Shown here piece by piece: positions 27,560-35,804 of a stretch of DNA of 37,040 bases; within the stretch, counting starts at the first letter, position 1; every line of letters starts with the position of its first letter. Both the position numbers and the translations under genes were made by a program. Below the pieces are notes generated by a model that saw only the letters and a list, made by a program, of their open reading frames with translations, did no database searches and had not been told where the DNA came from. Source of the DNA: a virus (taxonomy: Duplodnaviria > Caudoviricetes); IMG/VR virus record IMGVR_UViG_3300039239_000012, positions 1 to 37,040 of that record, one strand, 5' to 3'.

Positions 27560-28336
27560 ATGACCGACAACCAGGCCTTCCGCGCCCTCTTCACGCTGCC
27601 GCCCCTTGCGCATTCGCTCCCTCTGGCCGAGCAGGAACTGCCGCCGGTGCAAAACGTCACGGGCGACACCGAGGTGGACGCAGTGCTCTGGCTTCACAAA
27701 GTGATCGAGACGGGCTCGCGGGACCTGATCGAGCGCGCAAAGCAGGCCGCCAAGCGCATCACCACTCCGATGAAAGAGCTTGAAAGGCGACACAACGACT
27801 TGCAGCGCCTTCGTGGCCTGCGGGGCGGGACGATGCACTTTTACTACGGGCTGGGCGAATTCGATCGCGCTGCCGAGCGAGCAATCGAACAGGCAGACCG
27901 GCGGCGCGAGGCACTTGCGCGCTTCGGAACGGCAGAAGCTCTTTTCGCTGACCAACCAGCAGAGGCGGCATGCAAGCAGGCTCTGCGCGGTTTGAAGGCG
28001 CCGAAAGACGAACTGGAAAGCTACGACGAAGTGCGCGCGGACGGGCGCTTTGTGAAGCGGCTAGATCTCACGCCGCACACCCTGGAGGACTGTCTGCACG
28101 CGCGGGCCTATTGGAAACAGCTCTACTGGCTGCGCCACGCCATGGAGAAGTGGAGCGGAGACGGCCGCCACGCGGCCCACGAGCACGACTGGTTTTGCCT
28201 TCGGTCCATGGGCCGCCTGAAGCCCCGCAGCAAGGAAGAAGCGCTCGCGGTGCTGGAGTACGCCTATGGCGGCGACCTAAACCACGACGACCAAGAGCCC
28301 ATCATGCGCAACCTGGTTGCCGGGGGCTGGCAATGA
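27560..28336 (+). CDS. Phage hypothetical protein
   Basis: Start MTDNQAFRALFTLPP; long ORF with coding-like codon bias. Confidence 0.75.
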   Translation: MTDNQAFRALFTLPPLAHSLPLAEQELPPVQNVTGDTEVDAVLWLHKVIETGSRDLIERAKQAAKRITTPMKELERRHNDLQRLRGLRGGTMHFYYGLGEFDRAAERAIEQADRRREALARFGTAEALFADQPAEAACKQALRGLKAPKDELESYDEVRADGRFVKRLDLTPHTLEDCLHARAYWKQLYWLRHAMEKWSGDGRHAAHEHDWFCLRSMGRLKPRSKEEALAVLEYAYGGDLNHDDQEPIMRNLVAGGWQ

Positions 28337-29046
28337 TGAAAAACGCGGCTTTAGTGCCCGTAGCGGGCGGAAAGCACCCCTTTTGCGCCGGTCGTGCGCG
28401 GCAGACTTCGTGGGTGTCCACCCCAAACCACTTTCTACGACTTGGTCGTGAACCCCAAAGCCTAATTTTCTCGGCGCTTGGCGAATGCCGATTCGAGTTC
28501 CTCTCGGTACTCAGTCAGTGTAGATCGGAGCGCTTGCATCTTCGCGAGCTCGGTGTCCCGCTCCGCCTTCAGAGCCTCGGCCTGGTCTCGAAGGCTCTGA
28601 ATTTCCTCCTGCAATGTGTCGAACTCGGCCGTCCCGGCCTCTGCCTTTGCGAAGTCTTCATCGGTCTGTGCTGCCCGCGCCAGCAGCTCAACCTCAGAAG
28701 AAATAAGCCGCATCCGGATTCGGATGTTGTCCATGCGGCTATGGAGAAGGTCAGCCCGCAAGGCCAAGGTGTCGGCGCGAGCGAGCGCGGTCGCGACCTG
28801 TGCCTCCACCGCACGCCGAAAGGTGTCCCCATCCCCCTCGAAGGAGGCGACAAGACGAGAGGTAACTTCCGCACTGAGGGAGCGGTTGTTGCCTGCGGCA
28901 GATCGCATCAGGCGATCCTTCAGCTCCGCCGGCATGCGGAGATTGGTTTGAACATCTTCCTGAGACATGAGGCCATTATCCAAGCAAAGTGCTTGCACAC
29001 AACCAAGCACAATGCTACATTCAAAACCAAGCAGAGTGCTACATGA
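28333..29046 (+). CDS. Possible bridge ORF (237 aa) across the mnt-like gene
   Basis: ATGA overlap with the upstream stop and with an in-frame arc ATG (29043); the translation itself is not protein-like. Confidence 0.3.
   Translation: MMKNAALVPVAGGKHPFCAGRARQTSWVSTPNHFLRLGREPQSLIFSALGECRFEFLSVLSQCRSERLHLRELGVPLRLQSLGLVSKALNFLLQCVELGRPGLCLCEVFIGLCCPRQQLNLRRNKPHPDSDVVHAAMEKVSPQGQGVGASERGRDLCLHRTPKGVPIPLEGGDKTRGNFRTEGAVVACGRSHQAILQLRRHAEIGLNIFLRHEAIIQAKCLHTTKHNATFKTKQSAT
28462..28968 (-). CDS. Arc/Mnt-family ribbon-helix-helix repressor with coiled-coil tail (Mnt-like)
   Basis: MSQEDVQTNLRMPAELKDRL...NNRSLSAEVTSRL. Confidence 0.85.
   Translation of the reverse strand: MSQEDVQTNLRMPAELKDRLMRSAAGNNRSLSAEVTSRLVASFEGDGDTFRRAVEAQVATALARADTLALRADLLHSRMDNIRIRMRLISSEVELLARAAQTDEDFAKAEAGTAEFDTLQEEIQSLRDQAEALKAERDTELAKMQALRSTLTEYREELESAFAKRREN
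28975..29044. promoter_or_regulatory. Divergent promoters with three AGCA-N3-TGCT operators
   Basis: CCAAGCA-N3-TGCT at 28980, 29003, 29027; plus-strand TTGCAC-N17-TACATT; minus-strand TTGTGT-N16-GATAAT. Confidence 0.75.
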
Positions 29047-29057
29047 AAGGAAGCGAT

Positions 29058-29216
29058 ATGGCACCCAGCGACGTGCAGACCAATGTTCGACTCCCTGCGG
29101 AGCTCAAGCAATGGCTGCAACAAGAGGCCGACAAGGCCCGGCGCAGTCTCACCTCAGAGGTGGTTCTGCATCTAGAAGCAGCACGCGCAGCAGCGCAGAA
29201 AGGTCAGCAATCGTGA
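29058..29216 (+). CDS. Arc-family RHH repressor
   Basis: DVQTNVRLPAELK...RRSLTSEVVLHL; AAAGGAAG SD; alternative in-frame ATG at 29043. Confidence 0.85.
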   Translation: MAPSDVQTNVRLPAELKQWLQQEADKARRSLTSEVVLHLEAARAAAQKGQQS

Positions 29217-30058
29217 GTGCACTCCCTAAACCCCAGCGCCAGCCGGTCACCATGACCAGCGTGGAGATCGTGGACTTCATCAACGGACTGCGCAAGGAAG
29301 AGGCTGCGGCGGCCGGCAAGGCCTTCCCCTCGCCCGGACACGCGAAGCTCGAGCACTCCGATTTCATGAAGAAGGTGCCCGAAGTGCTGGGAGGGGGTGC
29401 CGGAAATTTTTCCGGCACGTACCTCCACCCGCAGAACGGCCAGACCTACCCCTGCTATGTGCTCCCTAAGCGCGAGGCCACGCTGCTGGCCATGAGCTAC
29501 AGCTACGCCATGCAGGCCAAGGTGTGGGACCACATGACGGCGCTGGAAAACCGCCTCGTGGCCCTGGCAGTGGCGCCCCGCGCACTCACGCGCGGCCAAG
29601 TGGCGGCAAGCATCCTGCTGCTGCGCAGCGCGGCCGAGGATCTGAAGCTCGCACCCTCGGCACTGCTGGGCGGCTACCAGAAGTTGCAGGAGCAGATCGG
29701 CGTGGTGGGCCTGCTGCCCTCCTACGCTGTGGACTCTCCGGCCAACTCGGGCAGCGGCTCCAGCGAGACCACCAAGGCACTGGCGGTGCTGCTGAAAGAG
29801 TTCAAGGTCGGCATGGGCCCAGCAGCGTTCAACCAGCTGCTGCAGCAAAAAGGCTTCCTGAAGGAAGAACACCGGCCCAGCTCCAAAGGCGGCACCAAGG
29901 CATTCAAGGTGTGCGCGAACTTGGAGTTCGGCAAGAACATCACCAGCCCGAAGAACCCGCGTGAATCGCAGCCGCACTGGTACGTGGCTAAGTTCCCCGA
30001 ATTGCTGCGCCTGGTTCTGCCGCCGAAAGATGGCGCCCCGCAGGGCGAGCTGTTGTGA
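29213..30058 (+). CDS. Antirepressor-like protein (Rha-like N-terminus, KilA-C-like C-terminus)
   Basis: GTGA-coupled; TMTSVEI..., QNGQTYPCYVLPKREATL; AFNQLL...FGKN..SPKNPRESQPHWY. Confidence 0.8.
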   Translation: MSALPKPQRQPVTMTSVEIVDFINGLRKEEAAAAGKAFPSPGHAKLEHSDFMKKVPEVLGGGAGNFSGTYLHPQNGQTYPCYVLPKREATLLAMSYSYAMQAKVWDHMTALENRLVALAVAPRALTRGQVAASILLLRSAAEDLKLAPSALLGGYQKLQEQIGVVGLLPSYAVDSPANSGSGSSETTKALAVLLKEFKVGMGPAAFNQLLQQKGFLKEEHRPSSKGGTKAFKVCANLEFGKNITSPKNPRESQPHWYVAKFPELLRLVLPPKDGAPQGELL

Positions 30059-30061
30059 AAA

Positions 30062-30079
30062 CAGTGGCGCGCGCCACTG
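30062..30079. repeat. Perfect 18-bp palindrome CAGTGGCGCGCGCCACTG
   Basis: Read directly; starts 4 nt after the antirepressor stop. Confidence 0.85.
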
Positions 30080-30228
30080 AAGAAACGCCGGCCGACCGGT
30101 GCAAAGTGCAACTTTCTCGGAGATGCGACCGAATCGGGTGCTTTTCGAAGGTAGGAATCTCGGCCGCAGAGCAGGAAAACAAGGATGATTAGCCACATGA
30201 CCACCGCCCAGCCCCCGCCCCAAAAACG

Positions 30229-30252
30229 AAGGCCGGCATAGAAGCCGGCCTT
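30229..30252. repeat. Hairpin AAGGCCGGC-N6-GCCGGCCTT
   Basis: Perfect 9-bp stem in intergenic DNA. Confidence 0.7.
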
Positions 30253-30320
30253 GTCCGAGTACCGCAGCGCTTCGACCTGCTGCATGTGCTCTTGTCCAGA
30301 ACCCTTCCCAGAGAACGAAC

Positions 30321-31172
30321 ATGCTTAATCCTACAGCAGAGGCGCCGCTGCGCGCAAATAAAGCCCCGGCGCGGGCAAAGCAGCGCACCCAGCGCGCGCC
30401 GGCCACGACCGACGGCGAGGCCGAAAAGCTGGTGCGCAAGGCCGCCCAGCAGATCAGTTCGGTGCTGGTCCCCATCACCAACTGCTGGCCCTGGGGGGCT
30501 GAGCGGGTGCCGGGCATGGACCACATCAACGAAGCGGACGGCCACCTGGTGGACCTGGCCACAACTCCCGAAAAATGGGCTGTCGATTGCGAGGGCGTGC
30601 AGCCATCTGTGCCAGACCTGCTGCAACAGGCGCTTGAGCAGCTGGGATTCGCGGCCACAATGCTGAACGAGAAACCTACCGAGCACCTGGGCGAGATGGT
30701 CGCGCTGAAGGTGTTGGTGCACCACGCACTGGAAGCGATGCGGGAGCTGCAGACAGCCTATCGCGGCCTGCCTGCCACCATGGAAGACCTGCGCGCCCAG
30801 CCGGCGTTTTCGAGCATGCGCCCGTTCCGTGAACCCCCTCGCCCGCCGCTGCGGCGCGTGGATGGTGAGCCTTCGAGCCCCATCACCGCCGAGACCGAAG
30901 CCCACGAGGCGGGGGAAATCGGCATCCGTTCTGTGATCCGCTGCAGCTACGACATTGAAGGCATTGCAAATGCAATCACGCTGCTCGGCGACGAAGTGGA
31001 CCACGAGGGAGACACGCACAACGGGGCCCTCCTTCGCTGCTACGGCACGCGCATCAAGTCGCTGAACGGCGTGCTCATGAGCTATCTGGATGCCGATGGC
31101 CCGACCCTGCAAGAGGTGCAGTACTGCATGTATCGCGGCGCCCTGACCATGCCAGAAGGGAGCCTCGAATGA
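30321..31172 (+). CDS. Hypothetical helical protein (array member 1)
   Basis: 283 aa; coupled to the next ORF. Confidence 0.75.
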   Translation: MLNPTAEAPLRANKAPARAKQRTQRAPATTDGEAEKLVRKAAQQISSVLVPITNCWPWGAERVPGMDHINEADGHLVDLATTPEKWAVDCEGVQPSVPDLLQQALEQLGFAATMLNEKPTEHLGEMVALKVLVHHALEAMRELQTAYRGLPATMEDLRAQPAFSSMRPFREPPRPPLRRVDGEPSSPITAETEAHEAGEIGIRSVIRCSYDIEGIANAITLLGDEVDHEGDTHNGALLRCYGTRIKSLNGVLMSYLDADGPTLQEVQYCMYRGALTMPEGSLE

Positions 31173-31909
31173 ACGCCGTTGCAACCCCACCTAAGACATC
31201 GCGTGCGCCACGCGCCAAAGCCGCTGCACCAGCGCAACCACCGGTGCCGGCCTGGGCCACGCTGCTGGATGCGATCAAGCAGGATCTCAGCCGCGTGCAT
31301 TCGATAGTCGCAGAAGTGGCTGAAGAGCTCCTTGGCGACGAAGGCGAAATTGTGGTGCTGCTCGACATGGCCACGGCGCACATCGGCGAGGCCCACGGAA
31401 TGCTTGTCAGGGGTCAGCCCACCCAGGCACTGACTGACAATGTGTTCTATGCGCTGGGCAAGCCGTTGGCCCTTCTGCTGGGCGCAGCCGCGATGACCAG
31501 GGAACTGGAAGTGGACATTTTCTCGGACACCATTGTCCGCGCGCATTCGATGCTGGACGAGTGCCAGGACAACCTCGACAGCCAGGCCATCGGCAAGCTG
31601 ATGCCCGAGTCCTGCGCGACCACGCCGGCCGAGGTGGCGAGCACTGGCCAGGCCGACGATGCCGAGGCATGGCGCGAGCTGGCCTTCGACGCGAATTTCG
31701 AGATCCAGAAGCTGGCCGAAGGCATGCAGATCATCAACGAAGCCCTGGGCAACGAAGACCACCCCATGGTGCACGGGATCATGGCGCGCATCAACACGCT
31801 GACCACCATCGTGTTTCTTGCCGCCCGCCTCTACCCCGGCCCACCGGAGGATTGGGGCTCGCCGACCCTGGACGAACTTCGTGGTCAATTCAAGGGGAAT
31901 CGGCCATGA
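31169..31909 (+). CDS. Hypothetical helical protein (array member 2)
   Basis: 246 aa; GGGAG SD; ATGA overlaps. Confidence 0.75.
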   Translation: MNAVATPPKTSRAPRAKAAAPAQPPVPAWATLLDAIKQDLSRVHSIVAEVAEELLGDEGEIVVLLDMATAHIGEAHGMLVRGQPTQALTDNVFYALGKPLALLLGAAAMTRELEVDIFSDTIVRAHSMLDECQDNLDSQAIGKLMPESCATTPAEVASTGQADDAEAWRELAFDANFEIQKLAEGMQIINEALGNEDHPMVHGIMARINTLTTIVFLAARLYPGPPEDWGSPTLDELRGQFKGNRP

Positions 31910-32397
31910 TCGCCACCGCTACAAAGCCACGCGCACAAGCTGCGCCCGCGGCTCCCATGCCCACGCATGCGCCGCGCGAACCCAGCCGACACGAACTGCC
32001 CGCACAGATGCCGCAGGACAAATCGGCGGCCCTCGGCTGCAGGCTGTCCATCGCATGCGCGCTGCTCGAGCTGCTGACACTCAATCTCGATTCGGAGATG
32101 GAAAAGGGCGCGACAGGCTCGGACGATGTGATGGGAGTCCTGCAGCATGTGGACCTACTGCTGCACGAGCTGCATCGGGACATCGGCGAAATCGTCGGCG
32201 TGCTGCCCGATGATCTGCGCTGGCGCACCTTTGAAGCGAAGACCATCGTATCCCTGGCTCAGCGCATGACGTTTGATGATGGCTGGTCGGCTCGGGGCTA
32301 CGACGCCACTATGCTGATCTGGTGCTTCGACGCGGCGAAAGAGGCTCTGCAGCGCGCACAGAAGGCCCTCGACACGCTGGAGCGTCGCAATGGCTGA
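31906..32397 (+). CDS. Hypothetical helical protein (array member 3)
   Basis: Start MIATATKPRAQ at an ATGA overlap; AAGGGG SD. Confidence 0.7.
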   Translation: MIATATKPRAQAAPAAPMPTHAPREPSRHELPAQMPQDKSAALGCRLSIACALLELLTLNLDSEMEKGATGSDDVMGVLQHVDLLLHELHRDIGEIVGVLPDDLRWRTFEAKTIVSLAQRMTFDDGWSARGYDATMLIWCFDAAKEALQRAQKALDTLERRNG

Positions 32398-33097
32398 CCG
32401 CATCGAGATCGCCCCGTTCGGAACCCGGCTAAGAGACCACCGCGAAACCGCGCGTCCTACTTCACATCTGCATCACGAGGTCCAGGGGAATATGGATTTC
32501 GTGCGCGTAGGGCCCTGCAGGCGGACGATTTTGGAGAGCTACTGCAAGCTGGATAGCCTGAAGCGCGTCCTCTCTACGGCTGGCGTCAAGCGTCATGAAA
32601 TAGGGCCAAAAGCCACGGGGAAAGTTGACTACTGCGCCGGCGCTGCCATCGTCTTGTTCGAGCCGAAGCGTGCCGCCGGCCCAGCGGAGCGTGAGCCCTT
32701 GAGCATTCGCCCAGTCTATGAGGTGATCAACAACAATCTTCGGCCCGTCCATTGCTTCGTCCCATGGAAGTTTGAGTATTTAGTATCCACCGAATTGGGT
32801 TACTTCCAGGCGCTGCTACTCGTAAGTTTTGCCGCTCAAAGTGCACACCCAATTGCGGGCGTGGGTCAAAGCCTCGTCCTCTGTTTCGAAGATCGCAGGC
32901 AGATCGACTTTGACTACCTTGCCTCCGGTGAATTCAACCGATGCCACGGCCCACTTCTCTTGTCGGATCAATGTGACCCAACAACTGTTGTGCTCATCGC
33001 AGCGAAGCCGATGCTCTGTCGTGACGAAACCCATTCTGGCTCTCCTCCCATTGAGAACTCCACTTTAAAGGAATCCCCGTCAAGGAGCAGAGCATGA
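32390..33097 (+). CDS. Possible bridge ORF (235 aa) across two antisense genes
   Basis: GGAG SD; ATG overlaps the upstream gene end; stop is an ATGA overlap with 33094. Confidence 0.3.
   Translation: MADRIEIAPFGTRLRDHRETARPTSHLHHEVQGNMDFVRVGPCRRTILESYCKLDSLKRVLSTAGVKRHEIGPKATGKVDYCAGAAIVLFEPKRAAGPAEREPLSIRPVYEVINNNLRPVHCFVPWKFEYLVSTELGYFQALLLVSFAAQSAHPIAGVGQSLVLCFEDRRQIDFDYLASGEFNRCHGPLLLSDQCDPTTVVLIAAKPMLCRDETHSGSPPIENSTLKESPSRSRA
32462..32752 (-). CDS. Moron-like hypothetical protein (96 aa)
   Basis: Antisense to the operon, visibly lower GC, protein-like translation. Confidence 0.6.
   Translation of the reverse strand: MDGPKIVVDHLIDWANAQGLTLRWAGGTLRLEQDDGSAGAVVNFPRGFWPYFMTLDASRREDALQAIQLAVALQNRPPAGPYAHEIHIPLDLVMQM
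32816..33034 (-). CDS. Moron-like hypothetical protein (72 aa)
   Basis: Strong GGGAGGAG SD; FETEDEALTHARNW motif; lower GC. Confidence 0.65.
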   Translation of the reverse strand: MGFVTTEHRLRCDEHNSCWVTLIRQEKWAVASVEFTGGKVVKVDLPAIFETEDEALTHARNWVCTLSGKTYE

Positions 33098-33423
33098 AGC
33101 ATTCCGACCTGAAGCACCTGCGCCGCCTAGTGGGCTGGGCCCGCTGCGAGATCGGCGAGAGCCCCGAAGAGTACGTGGCCGGCGTGCAGGCCATCGCCGA
33201 CAAGCTGGGCCATCCGCCCATCGACGATGCCGCCCGGCAGCGCCTGGTGGAGGCCTACGACCGCCGGCGCGCCGTGCCCAAGTACGTGCGCGCGGCCGTC
33301 AAGGCGCTGGACCGCTACGCCCGAGCCCCCGGCGCCGTGGTGGAGGTGAAGGTTCGACAACACAAGGCCAGCGGTCTGGTCCTGCTGGCGCAACGAAAAC
33401 CTCCAGGAGGACCAAGCCAATGA
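33094..33423 (+). CDS. Hypothetical protein
   Basis: AAGGAG SD; coupled to the xis-like gene. Confidence 0.7.
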   Translation: MKHSDLKHLRRLVGWARCEIGESPEEYVAGVQAIADKLGHPPIDDAARQRLVEAYDRRRAVPKYVRAAVKALDRYARAPGAVVEVKVRQHKASGLVLLAQRKPPGGPSQ

Positions 33424-33653
33424 TGGTCGAAGCCCCCGCAACCCCTTTTCTCAGTGCGGCCGAGGTGGACGAACTATGCGCACCGTTGACGCAGCGCCAC
33501 GCGCAGATGCGCCATCTCTGCCACCTGCTGGACGTGGACAGCCTGCCTCGCCGGCCTGATGGCCTGCCGCTGGTGGGCCGCAAGATGATCGAAGAACGCC
33601 TGAACCGCAAGGGCTCCTACAAGGCGCCTGCAGGCTTCAACTGGAGCAAGTGA
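33420..33653 (+). CDS. Excisionase-like protein (DUF4224-like)
   Basis: FLSAAEVDEL...AQMRHL...RRPDGLPLV...FNW, directly upstream of the integrase. Confidence 0.75.
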   Translation: MMVEAPATPFLSAAEVDELCAPLTQRHAQMRHLCHLLDVDSLPRRPDGLPLVGRKMIEERLNRKGSYKAPAGFNWSK

Positions 33654-34693
33654 ACATGGGACGCAAACGGGATCGCGCCTCGGGCTTCGGCCTGCTGCCG
33701 CGCATGGAGGCCAGGCCGCACAAGGGCAGCGACAAGGTGACCTATCGCTACCACCCGATGGGCGGGAAGCCGATCAACCTGGGCCAGGACAAGCGCGCCG
33801 CCATCCAGAAGGTGCTGGACATGAATGGCGCCGGGGACGACAGCGGCACGCTGCTGGAGCTGTGGCGCACTTACCAGACGCTGCCCCAATGGAAGCGCCT
33901 GAGCGACCAGACGAAAAAGGACTACACCACCTACAGCGTGAAGCTGTTGGAGGTGATGGGCAAGGCCTCGGCGCGCATCATCCGCCCCGCCGACATTGCC
34001 CGCTATCTGCGCGTAGAGCGAGCCGATGCACCGGTGCGCGCGAACCGCGAGATCGCCCTGCTGTCCAACTTGATGACCGTTGCCGTGGAGCGTGGCGACA
34101 TCGACGTGAACCCCTGCAAGCAGGTGAAGCGCAACCTTGAGAGCCCCCGCACGGAGGCGCCGGAGCCCGCCGAGCTCGCGCGGTTCATTGCCTGGCTGGG
34201 GAGCCAAGGCGAGCAGCGGCAGGTGATCGCGCTGATGGCAGAGTTCGCCGCAATGGCTGGCTCACGCCGCGTGGAGTTCCTGCACCTTACGCTGCCGCAG
34301 ATCGACAGCGCGGCCAGCGTCATCCGCCTGATGCGCGCGAAGCAACACGGGGGCGCAAAACGCGCCGAGAACGTGGTGATCACGCCGGCCATGGAAGACT
34401 TGGTGCGCCGCGTGCGCGCGCTGCCCAGGCCCGAGGGGTGCCTTCACGTCTTCACGACGCGAGACGGCAACCCTTACACGGACACCGGCTTTGCCTCGAC
34501 CTGGCAACGGGCCATGACCACGGCCGTGAAAGACAAGGTGATCCCGCGGCGCTTCACCTTCCATGACCTGCGGGCGTACTACACGACCCAGCACAAGGCC
34601 CAGTATGGTGCGCTGCCTGAACTGCACGCCGACGTGAAGACCACAGCGAAGATCTACGATCGGTCCCGGGTGTCAATCCGCCGGGGGCTCTGA
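33650..34693 (+). CDS. int: Tyrosine integrase
   Basis: GSRRVE (Arg), FTFHDLRA (HxxR), ELH, KIY catalytic Tyr; start is GTG 33650 or ATG 33656. Confidence 0.95.
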   Translation: MNMGRKRDRASGFGLLPRMEARPHKGSDKVTYRYHPMGGKPINLGQDKRAAIQKVLDMNGAGDDSGTLLELWRTYQTLPQWKRLSDQTKKDYTTYSVKLLEVMGKASARIIRPADIARYLRVERADAPVRANREIALLSNLMTVAVERGDIDVNPCKQVKRNLESPRTEAPEPAELARFIAWLGSQGEQRQVIALMAEFAAMAGSRRVEFLHLTLPQIDSAASVIRLMRAKQHGGAKRAENVVITPAMEDLVRRVRALPRPEGCLHVFTTRDGNPYTDTGFASTWQRAMTTAVKDKVIPRRFTFHDLRAYYTTQHKAQYGALPELHADVKTTAKIYDRSRVSIRRGL

Positions 34694-35179
34694 CTTCGCC
34701 TCGCTCTTGCCCGATTTCTTGCCCTTTTCTGGCTTGCCTGGCTTCTTCTTTTCGGCATCAGCCGCCTTCGGCTTGCCAAAGAGCCAGTACGCGGCGATGC
34801 CAAACAGGCCGAGGATTGATGCCGTGGTGGAAGTGATGTAGGCAATCAGCACGGTGTCGGAGAGCTTAAATGCCCAGTTCGGATACCGTGGAGTCTTGCC
34901 GACGCCCTGGAGGAACAAGAAAACCCACACCGTCACCACCCACACCAGCACCAGCGCGAACAGTGCGAAGGAGTAATACTTTCGGAGTGAGTGAAGATCC
35001 GCGTCGCGCGTGAGCGCATCGGAGATCGCTTTGATTTCCGCCTTCAGCTTCTCGATCTCGTACTGCTGCCGGAAATCAGTGAGGTGATCTGCCGGAGAAA
35101 GGCCCGTTGAAGCGGTCTCCCCCTCCGGCACATCGCCCGGATCTTCCGGTCGAACTACGACATCAACCGCCTCTTTCAT
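34673..35179 (-). CDS. Two-TM membrane protein; candidate toxin partner of Panacea
   Basis: Hydrophobic segments FALFALVLVWVVTVWVFLFL and VLIAYITSTTASILGLFGIAAYWLF; Lys-rich tail; ATGA-coupled to the Panacea gene. Confidence 0.75.
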   Translation of the reverse strand: MKEAVDVVVRPEDPGDVPEGETASTGLSPADHLTDFRQQYEIEKLKAEIKAISDALTRDADLHSLRKYYSFALFALVLVWVVTVWVFLFLQGVGKTPRYPNWAFKLSDTVLIAYITSTTASILGLFGIAAYWLFGKPKAADAEKKKPGKPEKGKKSGKSEAKSEPPAD

Positions 35180-35658
35180 GCGGTCGCGGCGGCTCGCTTC
35201 TTCTCAACCCGATTGAGGTAGTAGTCCTTAATCAGGGGATCAGGGATAACGTCGAAGCGACGATTGCCGTCTGGATCGTTCCACACCAAGTCCCAAGGTC
35301 CGCCCTTGATGTGAGATATCTTCGACAGCTGAGCAGCGGTGTAGTCTTTGTAGGCTTTCCAGGTCGCCTCGATGGCCTTCATCGCCGAGGGCGAATCGAC
35401 CTCATCGATAGCCTGCAAATCGTCTGTAACCGTGTCCGCCCCGTACTTGCGCAGTTCCTCATAAAGAGGAGGTATCACCGGCCCGAAAGTCCACGCACGG
35501 GGGTGATCATGCACCAGCGCCGTGTCGAAACCGGCAAGGTGCACTCCGTGGGCAAAGTACACCAGCTTCTGCACCTTCATGTTGGTGAGCTTTTTGCCCT
35601 CATCCCTTGCCAGTTGGAGAAAGACATTCGCTACTGCTGCTGCTGAGTAAGTCGTCAT
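35176..35658 (-). CDS. Panacea (DUF4065/SocA/GepA-like) antitoxin-domain protein
   Basis: VANVFL...LTNMKVQKLVYFAHG...AWTFGPVIPPLY...LSKISH..GPW; AAAGGAGG SD before ATG 35658. Confidence 0.9.
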   Translation of the reverse strand: MTTYSAAAVANVFLQLARDEGKKLTNMKVQKLVYFAHGVHLAGFDTALVHDHPRAWTFGPVIPPLYEELRKYGADTVTDDLQAIDEVDSPSAMKAIEATWKAYKDYTAAQLSKISHIKGGPWDLVWNDPDGNRRFDVIPDPLIKDYYLNRVEKKRAAATA

Positions 35659-35787
35659 ATGCCCTCCTTTCACCGTTTGGATCACAACAACACTATTGTG
35701 TGCACAAATCATTGTACGTTTGCACCAACGAAAGTGCACACTAACAAACGTAAGACAATGCCGCGGAAACCCTAATGAATTCCCGCC

Positions 35788-35804
35788 ATGGGAATAAATG
35801 GGAA
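35788..35804. repeat. Tandem ATGGGAA repeat, possible integrase arm-type sites
   Basis: ATGGGAATAAATGGGAA about 40 bp from the tRNA 3' end. Confidence 0.4.

Noticed and set aside
28980-29044. Repeats as a mini-CRISPR array
   Set aside because: Period is 23-24 bp with spacers of only a few nt, and there are no cas genes; better explained as operators
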